Assembly: GCA_963848885.1 (NCBI GenBank)
Contig: CAWKFR010000009.1
Location: 25,074-89,073 of the forward strand
Direction: 5' to 3'
From: an uncultured Thermoleophilaceae bacterium
GTDB taxonomy: Bacteria > Actinomycetota > Thermoleophilia > Solirubrobacterales > Thermoleophilaceae
DNA length: 64,000 nt
Shown here: positions 48,064 through 57,401 of the stretch, in pieces
How the letters are laid out: each line of letters starts with the position of its first letter
How positions within the stretch are numbered: position 1 is the stretch's first letter
Notes under the pieces: model-generated
What the model saw: only the letters and a program-made list of their open reading frames with translations
Told to the model about the DNA's origin: nothing
The model's database searches: none
Made by a program: the position numbers and the translations under genes

Positions 48064-49314
48064 GTGTTCATGCTCAAGCGGCGCAACCGGCCCACGCGGG
48101 GCGAGATCGACGAAGCGGCGTTGACGCTGCTGTCGCGCCACGGCGCGCAGATCCTCGCGCTCGCCCGCCGCTACGCGGCGAGCGGCGACGACGCGGAGGA
48201 CGCCTACCAGCGCGCCCTCGAGATCCTGCTCACGAAGGCGCCCAGCACACGCGAGGAGGAGCTCGTTCCCTGGCTCAAGACCGTCGTGAAGCACGAGGCG
48301 TTCGCGCTGCGCCGCCAGCGCGAACGCCTCACCCCGGTCACGAGCGACGGCGAGCCGGTGGAGCGCGGCACCGCTCCGACCGCCACCCACGAGCAGGCCG
48401 AGCGCTACGAGCGGCTGCGCCAGGGCGCCGAGGCGCTGCGCCGCCTCAAGCCGCAGGAGATCCGCTGCCTGGTGCTGCGCGCGCAGGGACTGTCCTACCG
48501 CGAGATCTGCGAGGCGACCGGGTACACCTACACCAAGGTCAACCGCTGCCTGACCGAGGGGCGACAGGCGCTGGCGGTCCGGCTGGCAGGCATCGAGGGC
48601 GGCGCCGAGTGCGAGCGGATGGCGCCGCTGCTGTCGGCGCTCGCCGACGGCGAGGCCGACGCCGCGGCGCTGGCCGCGCTGCGTCCGCACCTCAAGACGT
48701 GCCTGGCGTGCCGCGCCCGGCTGCGCGAGTTCCGCGCCGCGCCGGCGCGCGTGGCGGCGCTGGTGCCGGCGGCCGTGGTGGCCGGGGGCGGCCACCGAGC
48801 GGCCGAGTCGGCGCTGGCCACCCTCCAGCAGAAGGTCGAGGCGCTGCTGGCCGCCGGTCACCACAAGGCGGCCCTGCTCGGCGAGCGCGCGCAGACCACG
48901 GCGGAGCTGATCACGGGCCAGAAGATCGCGGCGCTGGCGGCGAGCGCCGCGACGCTGGCGGGCGGCGGCACCGCAGTCGACCAGCTGGCGAACCACCGCG
49001 GCCCGCCGCTGCGCGCGGCCGCCGCCCAGGCCGAGCCGCCGGCGCCGCCGGCGGCCGAGCCGACCGAGCCCCCGCCGCCGGTCCTCGAGCCGCCGCCCGC
49101 GCCGGCGACCGAGCCGCCCGGCTCCCCGCAGCAGACCGCCGCGCCCGAGCCCGTCCCGCCCCCGCCGCCGCCCGACCCGGCCACCGAGTTCGCGCCGCCG
49201 GCGCCCGCGACCGCCGACGCGGCACGCGCAGCAGCCGCCCGCCGCGAGCGCGCCCTCCGCCCCGAGCGCGCCCTCCGGCGCGCGGGAGCCGCCGCCCACG
49301 AGTTCGTGCCCTAG
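48064..49314 (+). CDS. ECF sigma-70 factor fused to a zf-HC2 anti-sigma domain and a Pro-rich C-terminal region
   Basis: 416 aa. Region 2 DAEDAYQRALEILL...WLKTVVKHEAFALRRQR, region 4 LKPQEIRCLVLRAQGLSYREICEATGYTYTKVNRCLTEGRQAL, then zf-HC2 PHLKTCLACRARL, a hydrophobic stretch IAALAASAATLAGGGTAV and a Pro-rich tail. Start GTG 48064 or ATG 48070. Confidence 0.75.
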   Translation: MFMLKRRNRPTRGEIDEAALTLLSRHGAQILALARRYAASGDDAEDAYQRALEILLTKAPSTREEELVPWLKTVVKHEAFALRRQRERLTPVTSDGEPVERGTAPTATHEQAERYERLRQGAEALRRLKPQEIRCLVLRAQGLSYREICEATGYTYTKVNRCLTEGRQALAVRLAGIEGGAECERMAPLLSALADGEADAAALAALRPHLKTCLACRARLREFRAAPARVAALVPAAVVAGGGHRAAESALATLQQKVEALLAAGHHKAALLGERAQTTAELITGQKIAALAASAATLAGGGTAVDQLANHRGPPLRAAAAQAEPPAPPAAEPTEPPPPVLEPPPAPATEPPGSPQQTAAPEPVPPPPPPDPATEFAPPAPATADAARAAAARRERALRPERALRRAGAAAHEFVP

Positions 49315-50504
49315 GCAGCCCGCAGCACGACGGCGTAGCCCTGCCCGCCGCCGCCGCAGAGCGTCGCGGCCCCGTACTCCACTCCCCGGCGGCGCATCTC
49401 GTGCACGAGCGTGACCGTCATCCGCGCCCCCGTGGAGCCGAGCGCGTGCCCGAGCGCCACCGAGCTGCCGTTCACGTTCACGATCTCCTCGCTGGCGCCG
49501 AGCATGTCGTTGGCGTGCACCGCGACCGCGGCGAACGCCTCGTTGATCTCGATCAGCCCCAGCTCGCCGACCTCCATCCCGGCCTTCGCGAGCGCCTTCT
49601 GCAGCGCGATCGCCGGCACGGTGTGCAGGTAGGCGAAGCGCTCCGCGCACATGCCCTGGGAGACGATCTCCGCGAGCGGCTCCACGCCCAGCGCCTCCGC
49701 CCGCTCGGCGCTCATGACCACGAGCGCCGCCGCGCCGTCCGAGATCTGCGAGGCGTTGCCCGCCGTGATCGTCCCCTCGGGCCCGAACGCGGGCGGCAGC
49801 TGGGCGAGCGAATCGGGTGTCGTGTCGGGCCGGATGCCCTCGTCGGCGTCCACGACCGAAACGGCTCCGCGGCGCCCGGTCACCTCGACCGCGGCGATCT
49901 CCTCCGCCGACCGGCCCGAGGCGCTGGCGCTCGCCGCCCGCTCGTGCGAGCGCGCCGCCCAGGCGTCCTGTCGCTCGCGCGCGATCCCGAGCGACTCGTT
50001 CACCTCGTCGGACGACTCGCCCATGTGCTGGCCCGTGAACGTCGACCAGAGGCCGTCATGGATCATCGCGTCCACGATCTCGCCGTCTCCCAGCCGCGCA
50101 CCCCAGCGCGCTCGCGGGATGACGTAGGGCGCGTTCGTCATCGACTCCATCCCGCCCGCCACCATCACGTCGAGCTCGCCGGCCCGGATCATCTGATCCG
50201 CCAGCGCGACCGCCGTCAGGCTCGACAGGCAGACGTTGTTGAGCGTGATCGCGGGCACCTCCTTGGGCACGCCGGCCGCGATCGCCGCCTGCCGGGCGGT
50301 GATCTGCCCGGCGCCCGCCTGGAGCACGTGCCCCATCGCGACGTAGTCGATCCGCCCCGCGTCGATGCCGGCCCGCGCGATCGCCTCGCGAATCGCCACG
50401 GCGCCGAGGTCGACGGCGGACTCGGACCGGAACGCGGAGCCGTACCTGCCGACCGCCGTCCTGGCGGCGGAGACGATGACCGACCGCGGAGTGCTCGAGC
50501 TCAC
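49311..50504 (-). CDS. Acetyl-CoA C-acetyltransferase (thiolase II)
   Basis: 397 aa. Active-site Cys context LNNVCLSSL, NVNGSSVALGHALGSTG, and CGGGGQG near the C-terminus. Confidence 0.9.
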   Translation of the reverse strand: MSSSTPRSVIVSAARTAVGRYGSAFRSESAVDLGAVAIREAIARAGIDAGRIDYVAMGHVLQAGAGQITARQAAIAAGVPKEVPAITLNNVCLSSLTAVALADQMIRAGELDVMVAGGMESMTNAPYVIPRARWGARLGDGEIVDAMIHDGLWSTFTGQHMGESSDEVNESLGIARERQDAWAARSHERAASASASGRSAEEIAAVEVTGRRGAVSVVDADEGIRPDTTPDSLAQLPPAFGPEGTITAGNASQISDGAAALVVMSAERAEALGVEPLAEIVSQGMCAERFAYLHTVPAIALQKALAKAGMEVGELGLIEINEAFAAVAVHANDMLGASEEIVNVNGSSVALGHALGSTGARMTVTLVHEMRRRGVEYGAATLCGGGGQGYAVVLRAA

Positions 50505-50540
50505 GTCGCGCTCCAGTGTAGGTTCTCAACGGCACTCGGC

Positions 50541-51677
50541 ATGGACACTGAGCTGCTCGTCATCGGCGCCGGGCCGTACGCGCTCTCCGCGGCGGCGCTG
50601 GCGCAGGAGAAGGGGATCCGCACGACGGTCCTCGGGAGCCCTATGGCCTTCTGGCGCGAGCACATGCCGGCGGGGATGTTCCTCCGCTCGGGGCCGGACT
50701 GGCACCTCGACGCCGCCGGCGTCCACACGCTCGAGGCCTACCTGGAGGAGCGCGGCATCGAGCCGGCGGAGGTCGACCCGATGCCGATCGACGTCTTCCT
50801 CGACTACGCCGACTGGTTCCGCTCGGCCAAGGGCGTGCAGCCGCGCGCCGACCTCGTCACCCGGCTCGCCAAGCGCAACGGCGGCTACGAGGCGGAGCTC
50901 GAGAGCGGAGAACGCATCGCCGCCAGGGCGGTCGTGTGCGCTCCCGGCATCCGCCACTTCGCGAACCTCCCCGCGTGGGCGGCGGACGTCCCGCCCGGCC
51001 GCGCCGCACACACCTGCGACCTCGTCAACTTCGACTCCGTAGCCGGCGAGCGCGTGCTGATCGTCGGCGGCCGCCAGAGCGCCTACGAGTGGGCGGCGCT
51101 GATGGGCGAGCACGGCGCCGCCGCCGTCGACGTCGTCCACCGCCACGACGTGCCGCGCTTCGACCGCGTGAGCTGGCGTTTCATCGACCCTCACGTCGAG
51201 CGGACGATCGAGGTCCCGGGCTACTGGCGCCGGCTGCCGGCGGCCGAGCAGGAGCGCATCACGCGCCGCTTCTGGGAGGTGGGCCGCCTGACGCTCGAGG
51301 CCTGGCTGACGCCCCGCCTGGCCAGGGCGGAGATCCGCCGCCGCCCCGGCTGCGAGGTCGTCGGCGTGACGCCCCTGCCCTCGGACCGAGGGCTCGCCGT
51401 TCGGCTCTCCGACTCGGACTCGATCGAGGTCGACCGGATCGTCTTCGCGTCGGGCTATCGCGCGCAGCTCGAGCGCGTCCCCTACCTCGAGCAGCTGGTC
51501 GGCGAGATCGAGCTCGTGGACGGCGCTCCCGTCCTCGACGAGGCGCTCCAGACCAACCTGGGCGGCCTCTACGTCACCGGCTTCCCCGCGACCAGGGACT
51601 TCGGGCCCTTCTTCGGGTTCGTCAAGGCGGTGCCGGCCTCCGCCACCCTGATCGTCAGGGACCTGTCGGACTCCTAG
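50541..51677 (+). CDS. FAD/NAD(P)-binding oxidoreductase, class B flavoprotein monooxygenase-like
   Basis: ATG 50541 within track ORF 47781..51677. LLVIGAGPYALSAA (FAD), VLIVGGRQSAYEWA (GGxQSA, as in N-hydroxylating monooxygenases), IVFASGYRA. Confidence 0.65.
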   Translation: MDTELLVIGAGPYALSAAALAQEKGIRTTVLGSPMAFWREHMPAGMFLRSGPDWHLDAAGVHTLEAYLEERGIEPAEVDPMPIDVFLDYADWFRSAKGVQPRADLVTRLAKRNGGYEAELESGERIAARAVVCAPGIRHFANLPAWAADVPPGRAAHTCDLVNFDSVAGERVLIVGGRQSAYEWAALMGEHGAAAVDVVHRHDVPRFDRVSWRFIDPHVERTIEVPGYWRRLPAAEQERITRRFWEVGRLTLEAWLTPRLARAEIRRRPGCEVVGVTPLPSDRGLAVRLSDSDSIEVDRIVFASGYRAQLERVPYLEQLVGEIELVDGAPVLDEALQTNLGGLYVTGFPATRDFGPFFGFVKAVPASATLIVRDLSDS

Positions 51678-53911
51678 CGCCGGCAGGCGCGCGCGGTCAG
51701 CGTCGCGTCCCGCGCCGAGAGCGTCGCGGTCAGCACGCGCGTGCGCCGGTCGAAGCGCCAGCGCTCCACGCGGCCGCCGCGGGCCGACACCCTGCACGGT
51801 CGCAGCCGGTTGCGCAGCGTCCCCAGCGACGCCTGGATCTCCCAGCTGCGCGCGCGGGACGAGTGCACCGTCAGCGACCATTCGCCCGGCCGCTCGACCG
51901 AGCGCAGCGCGCCGCCGTCCTCCAGCGCCGCCGACGAGGTCCCGCGCGGGAACGCCAGCAGCACGCGCCGGCGCTCGCGCTCGCCCAGCGAGATCGACGC
52001 CGAGCGGTCGCCGTACGCGGCGAGCGTGTCCACGTCCGGCGGCAGCAGCGCGAGCAGCGCGCCCGCCCGGGCCAGCAGCGGCAGCTCGCCCAGCGGGGCG
52101 GGCAGCGTGACGGCGCGCCCTCCGCGCAGCAGGCGCGGCCGCCCGAGCGACAGCCCGCCGTCGCTGTCGCGGTAGCTGGCCGAGCGCCACAGGTCCACCC
52201 AGCGCCCGCGCGGCAGGTAAGCCCGGCGCTGGGTCGCGCCCGGCTCGAGCACCGGCGCCGCCAGCAGGGACGGCCCGAACAGGAACTCGTCCTCGACCCC
52301 GGCGGCGCGGCGGTCGCGCGGGTAGGCCAGCACGAGGTGACGCATGATCGGCAGCCCGCTGGCGCGGTACTCGCGGTCGGCCGCGGCGAGGTAGGGGTAG
52401 AGCTGCGTGCGCAGCTTCGCCCAGCGCCGCCAGTGACCCACGATCTCCGGATCCCAGATCTGCGGGCGCGGGCTGTCGGGGATGCGAATGCCGTTCGCCT
52501 GGGTGCGCATCACGCCGGACACCGCGCCCAGCTCGATCCAGCGGATCAGCAGCTCCGGCGTCAGGTGGTTCTCGAACAGCGCGAAGAACCCGCCGATGTC
52601 CGAGCCCCACGTGCTCACGCCCGACAGGCCCATCGTGAGGCCGTTGGTGACGACCGAGCGCAGCCCGTCGAAGCCCCAGTCCACGGTCGGGTCGCCGCCC
52701 CACACGATCGGCGAGCAGCGGGCGCTGCCGGTCCAGCCCGAGCGGACGAAGCGCGCGGCGCGCGGCGCCGCCGCGTGCGCGGCGCAGTGGTACTGGCGCG
52801 GGTAGTCGTTGTGCAGCCCCGTGCCCGAGGCGCCGCTCGCGGCGCGCGCGTCGAGCGGCGTGTACTCGCCGAAGTCCTCCATCCAGCCGTCGTGGCCGTC
52901 GGCGAGCGCCTCCCCGAGCAGGTCGCCGTAGAGCCCGCGACCCGCCGCCGAGCTGAAGTCGAACTCGGCGACCGAGAAGCTCTCGAGCGTCGAGTAGGGG
53001 AACACGTACGGCGCCCCGGCCGGGTTGCGCAGCAGCGTCCCCGGGCGCCCGAAGCGCGTGTGCTGCGTGCAGATCATCGGGTTGAAGTAGGTCGTGGTCG
53101 CGAGGCCCGCCGCGTGGAAGCGCGCCACCCGGGCGCGCTCGGCGTCGCGCCGGCCGAGCTGGGCCTCGCAGGGCAGGTAGTGCGTGTAGGTCTGGGCGAC
53201 CGAGAGCGGCACGTCGTCGCGCTGGAGCCGCGCCAGGATCGCCGCCTCGTCGTCGCGCGGCTGGTACCAGGGCCCGAACACGTACGGCGCGGGCGTGGGC
53301 TGGCGCCCGATGGCGGCGGTCAGGCGGCGCAGCACGTCGGCCGGGCGCGGGCCGTCGAAGGCGCGCAGGCGCAGCTCGCTCGCCTCGACCTCGACGCTCC
53401 ACGAGCGCGCGCCGCCGAGCCGGAACAGGCTCGTCTGGGGGTTGTCGACCAGGACGCCGTAGCCGGCCGTCGAGAGCAGCCACGGCATCGGGAAGTAGGT
53501 GGCGTCGTCGCGCGGGTGGAAGCCCCAGGCGGGCACGAACGCCGGCACGACGCCGCGCTCGTCCTCCTCGAAGGGCCCCTCGGCGACGTAGTTCTCGACC
53601 TCGCGCCCGCGCTGGTCGACCGCGTTCGAGCGCTCGCCGAAGCCGAGATAGCGCTCGGCCCGGCGCGCGCCGAAGGTGGCGCGCACGCCCGTCACGCCGG
53701 TCCCGCTCGGGCTGATCGAGACGGCGGTGACGCCGCCTCCGGCGGGCCGCACGGCCACGCGCGGGCGTTTCGCCGGCAGCCACTCACCGCCCGAGCGGAA
53801 CTCGACCCCGCGCAGCTTCACGGGACCGGCGCGCAGGCCGGGACCGGCAGCTGCGGCCGGGGCGGCGACCGCCAGGGCCACGAGCGAGGCGATCAGCCCG
53901 CGGATCAGCAC
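51674..53911 (-). CDS. Glycoside hydrolase family 31 (alpha-glucosidase/alpha-xylosidase-like), secreted
   Basis: 745 aa. Signal peptide LIASLVALAVAAPAAAA, nucleophile region DGWMEDFGEY, acid/base region TWGSDIGGFF. Confidence 0.85.
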   Translation of the reverse strand: MLIRGLIASLVALAVAAPAAAAGPGLRAGPVKLRGVEFRSGGEWLPAKRPRVAVRPAGGGVTAVSISPSGTGVTGVRATFGARRAERYLGFGERSNAVDQRGREVENYVAEGPFEEDERGVVPAFVPAWGFHPRDDATYFPMPWLLSTAGYGVLVDNPQTSLFRLGGARSWSVEVEASELRLRAFDGPRPADVLRRLTAAIGRQPTPAPYVFGPWYQPRDDEAAILARLQRDDVPLSVAQTYTHYLPCEAQLGRRDAERARVARFHAAGLATTTYFNPMICTQHTRFGRPGTLLRNPAGAPYVFPYSTLESFSVAEFDFSSAAGRGLYGDLLGEALADGHDGWMEDFGEYTPLDARAASGASGTGLHNDYPRQYHCAAHAAAPRAARFVRSGWTGSARCSPIVWGGDPTVDWGFDGLRSVVTNGLTMGLSGVSTWGSDIGGFFALFENHLTPELLIRWIELGAVSGVMRTQANGIRIPDSPRPQIWDPEIVGHWRRWAKLRTQLYPYLAAADREYRASGLPIMRHLVLAYPRDRRAAGVEDEFLFGPSLLAAPVLEPGATQRRAYLPRGRWVDLWRSASYRDSDGGLSLGRPRLLRGGRAVTLPAPLGELPLLARAGALLALLPPDVDTLAAYGDRSASISLGERERRRVLLAFPRGTSSAALEDGGALRSVERPGEWSLTVHSSRARSWEIQASLGTLRNRLRPCRVSARGGRVERWRFDRRTRVLTATLSARDATLTARACRR

Positions 53912-53960
53912 GAGACCAAGCTATACGGTGCGCCCGGTGGCGGACCCCGCATTCACGCGC

Positions 53961-54587
53961 ATGCCGGTCGACGAGCGCCGCCGCCAGCTGCTCGAGCTGG
54001 GCGCTCGGCTGTTCGCCCGCCACTCCTACGCCGAGCTGTCGATGGCCGACATCGCGCGCGAGGCCGGCATCTCGAAGGCGCTGCTCTACCACTACTTCCC
54101 GAGCAAGCAGGAGCTGTTCGTGGCGACGCTGCAGGCCGCGGCCGAGGACGTGCGCCGGCGCACCGAGCCCGATCCGGAGCTGCCGCCGGCGGAGGCGCTG
54201 GCGCGCAGCCTCGACGCCTTCCTCGAGTGGGTCGAGGGCAACGACCTGGCCTACCGCAAGCTGCTCGAGAGCGCGGGCAGCGTGCCGGAGGTGGGCGCCC
54301 TGATCGCCGAGGTCCGCGACCGCACCTCGGCGCGCATCCTCGAGGGCCTCGGAGCCGGCGACGCGCCGCAGGTCCGCGCCGCCGCGCGCGCCTGGCTCTG
54401 GTTCGTGGACGGCGCGATCCTCGACTGGCTCGAGCACCGCGACCTCGATCGCGCCCAGCTCGGGCGCTTCCTGCTGGGCGCGCTCGCGGGCGCGCTCAGC
54501 GCCGCGGGGGCTGCGGAGCTGCTCCCTCCACCCAGCGCCCCTCGCCGCCCTCGATCTCCTTCTTCCAGATCGGCGCCTCCGCCTTGA
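53961..54587 (+). CDS. TetR family transcriptional regulator
   Basis: HTH: RRRQLLELGARLFARHSYAELSMADIAREAGISKALLYHYFPSKQELF. Divergent from the GH31 gene. The 3' end overlaps the convergent moaDE gene by about 90 nt, so the stop is uncertain. Confidence 0.8.
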   Translation: MPVDERRRQLLELGARLFARHSYAELSMADIAREAGISKALLYHYFPSKQELFVATLQAAAEDVRRRTEPDPELPPAEALARSLDAFLEWVEGNDLAYRKLLESAGSVPEVGALIAEVRDRTSARILEGLGAGDAPQVRAAARAWLWFVDGAILDWLEHRDLDRAQLGRFLLGALAGALSAAGAAELLPPPSAPRRPRSPSSRSAPPP

Positions 54588-55144
54588 CGCGGTCGATGAT
54601 CTCGCGGGCGCCCGCGAACGCCTCGCCGCGGTGCGGCGCCGAGACCGCGACGATCACGCTCGGCTCCGACAGCGGCACCTCGCCGATCCGGTGCTCCACG
54701 GCCGCGGCGCACAGCCCGTGGCGCTCGACGGCCTCCGTGGCGATCGCCGCCATGCGCTCCTCGGCCATCTCGGCGTAGGCGTCGTAGTCGAGCCGCTCCA
54801 CCTCGCGGGTCACGCCCGCGAACGTCACCACCGCTCCGGCGCGCGGGTCCCGCACGCGCGCGGCCAGCGAGTCGAGCGAGAGCGCCTCGGCGCTGACCCG
54901 GACCGAGGGGGCCGAACCGCCGCTGACCGGCGGGATCAGCGCCAGCTCGTCGCCGGCGTCGAGCACCTGCTCCTCGGAGGCGTACTCGCGGTTGACCGCC
55001 ATCACGAGCGGGATCCCGTCGGCCAGGCCCGACAGCGAGTCGAGCGCGTCGCGCACGCTGCGCGCCCTCGGGCAGCTCCAGCGTCACCGAGCCCGACCCG
55101 GCGCGCTCGCGCAGCATCGCGAACAGGCGGACGGTTACCTCCAC
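54496..55144 (-). pseudogene. Fused MoaD-MoaE molybdopterin synthase (MoaX-like), one frame break as given
   Basis: MoaD part MEVTVRLFAMLRERAG... / ...RDALDSLSGL...ELALIPPVSGG runs without a stop into the MoaE part (VVTFAGVTRE...HRIGEVPLSEPSVIVAVSAPHRGEAFAGAREIIDRVKAEAPIWKKE). Break near 55063. Confidence 0.75.
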
Positions 55145-55154
55145 GCCCCAGATG

Positions 55155-55745
55155 CTACGGCTGCTCGCGCCGCTGGAGCGCGGCCGCGGCCACCACGCCG
55201 CCGATCGCCCCGAACAGGTGTCCCTGCCAGGAGATGCCGCGCTGCGGCTCGAGGCCGCCCAGCAGCGCGCCGCCCCAGACGACCACCACGAGCGCCCCGA
55301 TCGCGAGCTCCGCCCCGCGCCGGTTGAAGAGGCCGCGCGCGATCAGGTAGCTGGCGTAGCCGAACACGATCCCGCTCGCCCCGATGTGCACGGTCCCGCT
55401 GGCAGCGACCAGCCAGGTGCCGAGCCCGCTGACCAGGGCCACGATCACCGTCACCGCGACCAGCCGGCGCGCGCCCTCGAGGGCGATCACGAACCCCATC
55501 GTCACGAACGGGATGGTGTTCGCGAGCAGGTGGCCGAAGCCGGCGTGCAGGAACGGCGCCGCGACCACGCCCTCGAGCCCGTCGGGGTCGCGCGGCTCGA
55601 TCCCGTAGCGGTCGAGCCGGTGGTCGAGCGCCACGTCGACGACCTCGACCGCCCACATCAGCAGGACGAGCGCGATCAGGATCAGCAGCGCGTTGCGCCG
55701 CGGATCGTCAGGTCGAGGTTGCGGGTCGGACACCCACTGGACCAT
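55155..55745 (-). CDS. Rhomboid family intramembrane serine protease
   Basis: Motifs: HAGFGHLLANT, catalytic Ser context HIGASGIVFGY, His context WQGHLFGAIGG. ATG 55745 was chosen to avoid overlap with the divergent mutase gene. Confidence 0.8.
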   Translation of the reverse strand: MVQWVSDPQPRPDDPRRNALLILIALVLLMWAVEVVDVALDHRLDRYGIEPRDPDGLEGVVAAPFLHAGFGHLLANTIPFVTMGFVIALEGARRLVAVTVIVALVSGLGTWLVAASGTVHIGASGIVFGYASYLIARGLFNRRGAELAIGALVVVVWGGALLGGLEPQRGISWQGHLFGAIGGVVAAAALQRREQP

Positions 55746-55761
55746 AGAATTCGCTGGACGC

Positions 55762-57382
55762 ATGGCCACCACCCCTGACCAGAAGCCCAGCATCGCGCCC
55801 GTCGTGGGCCCCGACGATCCGCGCCGCTTCACCGACAGCGGCATCGAGATCAAGCACACCTACGGCGAGGCCGACGTCCTGCCCGACGTCGAGGAGCGCC
55901 TCGGCGAGCCGGGCGAGTACCCGTTCACCCGCGGCATCCACCCGGACATGTACCGCGGCCGCAAGTGGACCATGCGCCAGTACGCGGGCTACGCGACCGC
56001 GGCCGAGACCAACCAGCGCTTCCGCTACCTGATCGAGCACGGCTCGACGGGCCTGTCGATGGCCTTCGACCTGCCCACGCAGCTCGGCCGCGACTCCGAC
56101 GACCCGCTCTGCATGGGCGAGGTCGGCCGCACCGGCGTCGCGATCGACACGATCGACGACATGCGGCGCGTGTTCGAGGCGATACCGCTGGCCGACGTGT
56201 CGACCTCGATGACGATCAACGCCCCGGCGGCCGTGCTGCTGCTGCTCTACGAGCTGGTCGGCGAGGAGCAGGGCGTGCCAGCCGAGCAGCTGCGCGGCAC
56301 GACCCAGAACGACGTGCTCAAGGAGTACATCGCGCGCGGCAACTTCATCTACCCGCCCGAGCCGGCGATGCGGCTGACGACCGACCTGTTCGCCTACTGC
56401 CGCGAGCGCATCCCGAAGTGGAACACGATCTCGATCTCGGGCTACCACATGCGCGAGAAGGGCTGCTCGGCCGTGCAGGAGGTCGGCTTCACGCTCGCGA
56501 ACGCGATCGCCTACGTGCAGGCGGCGATCGACGCCGGGCTCGAGGTCGACGAGTTCGGGCCGCGGCTGGCGTTCTTCTTCAACGGCCACAACAACGTCTT
56601 CCAGGAGGTCGCCAAGTTCCGCGCCGCCCGGCGCATGTGGGCGCGCATCATGCGCGAGCGCTTCGGCGCCAAGGACGAGCGCTCGCTGAAGATGCGCTTC
56701 CACACCCAGACGGGCGGCGTGACGCTGGCGGCGCAGCAGCCGGAGAACAACATCGTCCGGGTCGCCCTCCAGGGCTTCGCCGCCGTCTGCGGGGGCACCC
56801 AGTCGCTGCACACGAACGGGTTCGACGAGGCGCTCGCGCTGCCGAGCGAGCGCGCCGCCCGGATCGCCCTGCGCACCCAGCAGATCCTCGCCGCCGAGAC
56901 CGGCGCCGCCGACACGGCCGACCCGTTCGCCGGCTCCTACTTCGTCGAGTCGCTCACGGACGAGATCGAGGCGGCCGCCCAGGCGCTGATCGACAAGGTC
57001 GACGAGCTCGGCGGGTCGGTGCAGTGCATCCCGTTCATCCGCGCCGAGGTCGAGGAGTCGGCCTGGGGCTACGAGGAGCGCTACAAGCAGAAGCAGGACA
57101 TCGTCGTCGGCGTGAACGAGTACGTGACCGACACGGTCGACGAGGTCGAGATCCTCAGGGTCGACCCCGAGTCGGAGCGCCAGCAGCTCGAGCGCCTCGA
57201 GGCCTTCAAGGCCGACCGCGACCAGGCCGCCGTCGACGCGCGCGCTCGAGGACCTGCGCGGCGCCTGCACGGGCAGCGAGAACCTGCTCGTGCCGATGCG
57301 CGCCGCGCTCAAGCTGCGCGCCAGCATCGGCGAGGTCTGCGGCGTCATGCGCGACGAGTTCGGGGAGTACTCCGAAGCCTGA
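55762..57382 (+). pseudogene. Methylmalonyl-CoA mutase, large (catalytic TIM-barrel) subunit without B12-binding domain, one frame break as given
   Basis: Motifs: [67 protein letters not shown]. After ...DRDQAAVDA (about 57242, in a gcgcgcgc run) the sensible end ALEDLRGACTGSENLLVPMRAALKLRASIGEVCGVMRDEFGEYSEA* is in another frame, with stop at 57380-57382. Confidence 0.85.
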
Positions 57383-57401
57383 GGCCGAGCCGGCGGAGAG
57401 C

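Noticed and set aside
48990-49260. Repetitive-looking gagccgcc/gccgccgcc DNA, considered as a tandem repeat or array
   Set aside because: It has no fixed period and no spacer structure. It simply encodes the Pro/Ala/Glu-rich tail of the sigma/anti-sigma fusion (EPPAPPAAEPTEPPPP...).
47781-54778. Very long track ORFs 47781..51677 (+), 50526..53783 (-) and 50936..54778 (+)
   Set aside because: Only the segment 50541..51677 of the first has a credible protein (the flavoprotein). The rest are Arg/Pro/Gly/Ala-rich read-through across or antisense to the sigma factor, thiolase, GH31 and TetR genes.
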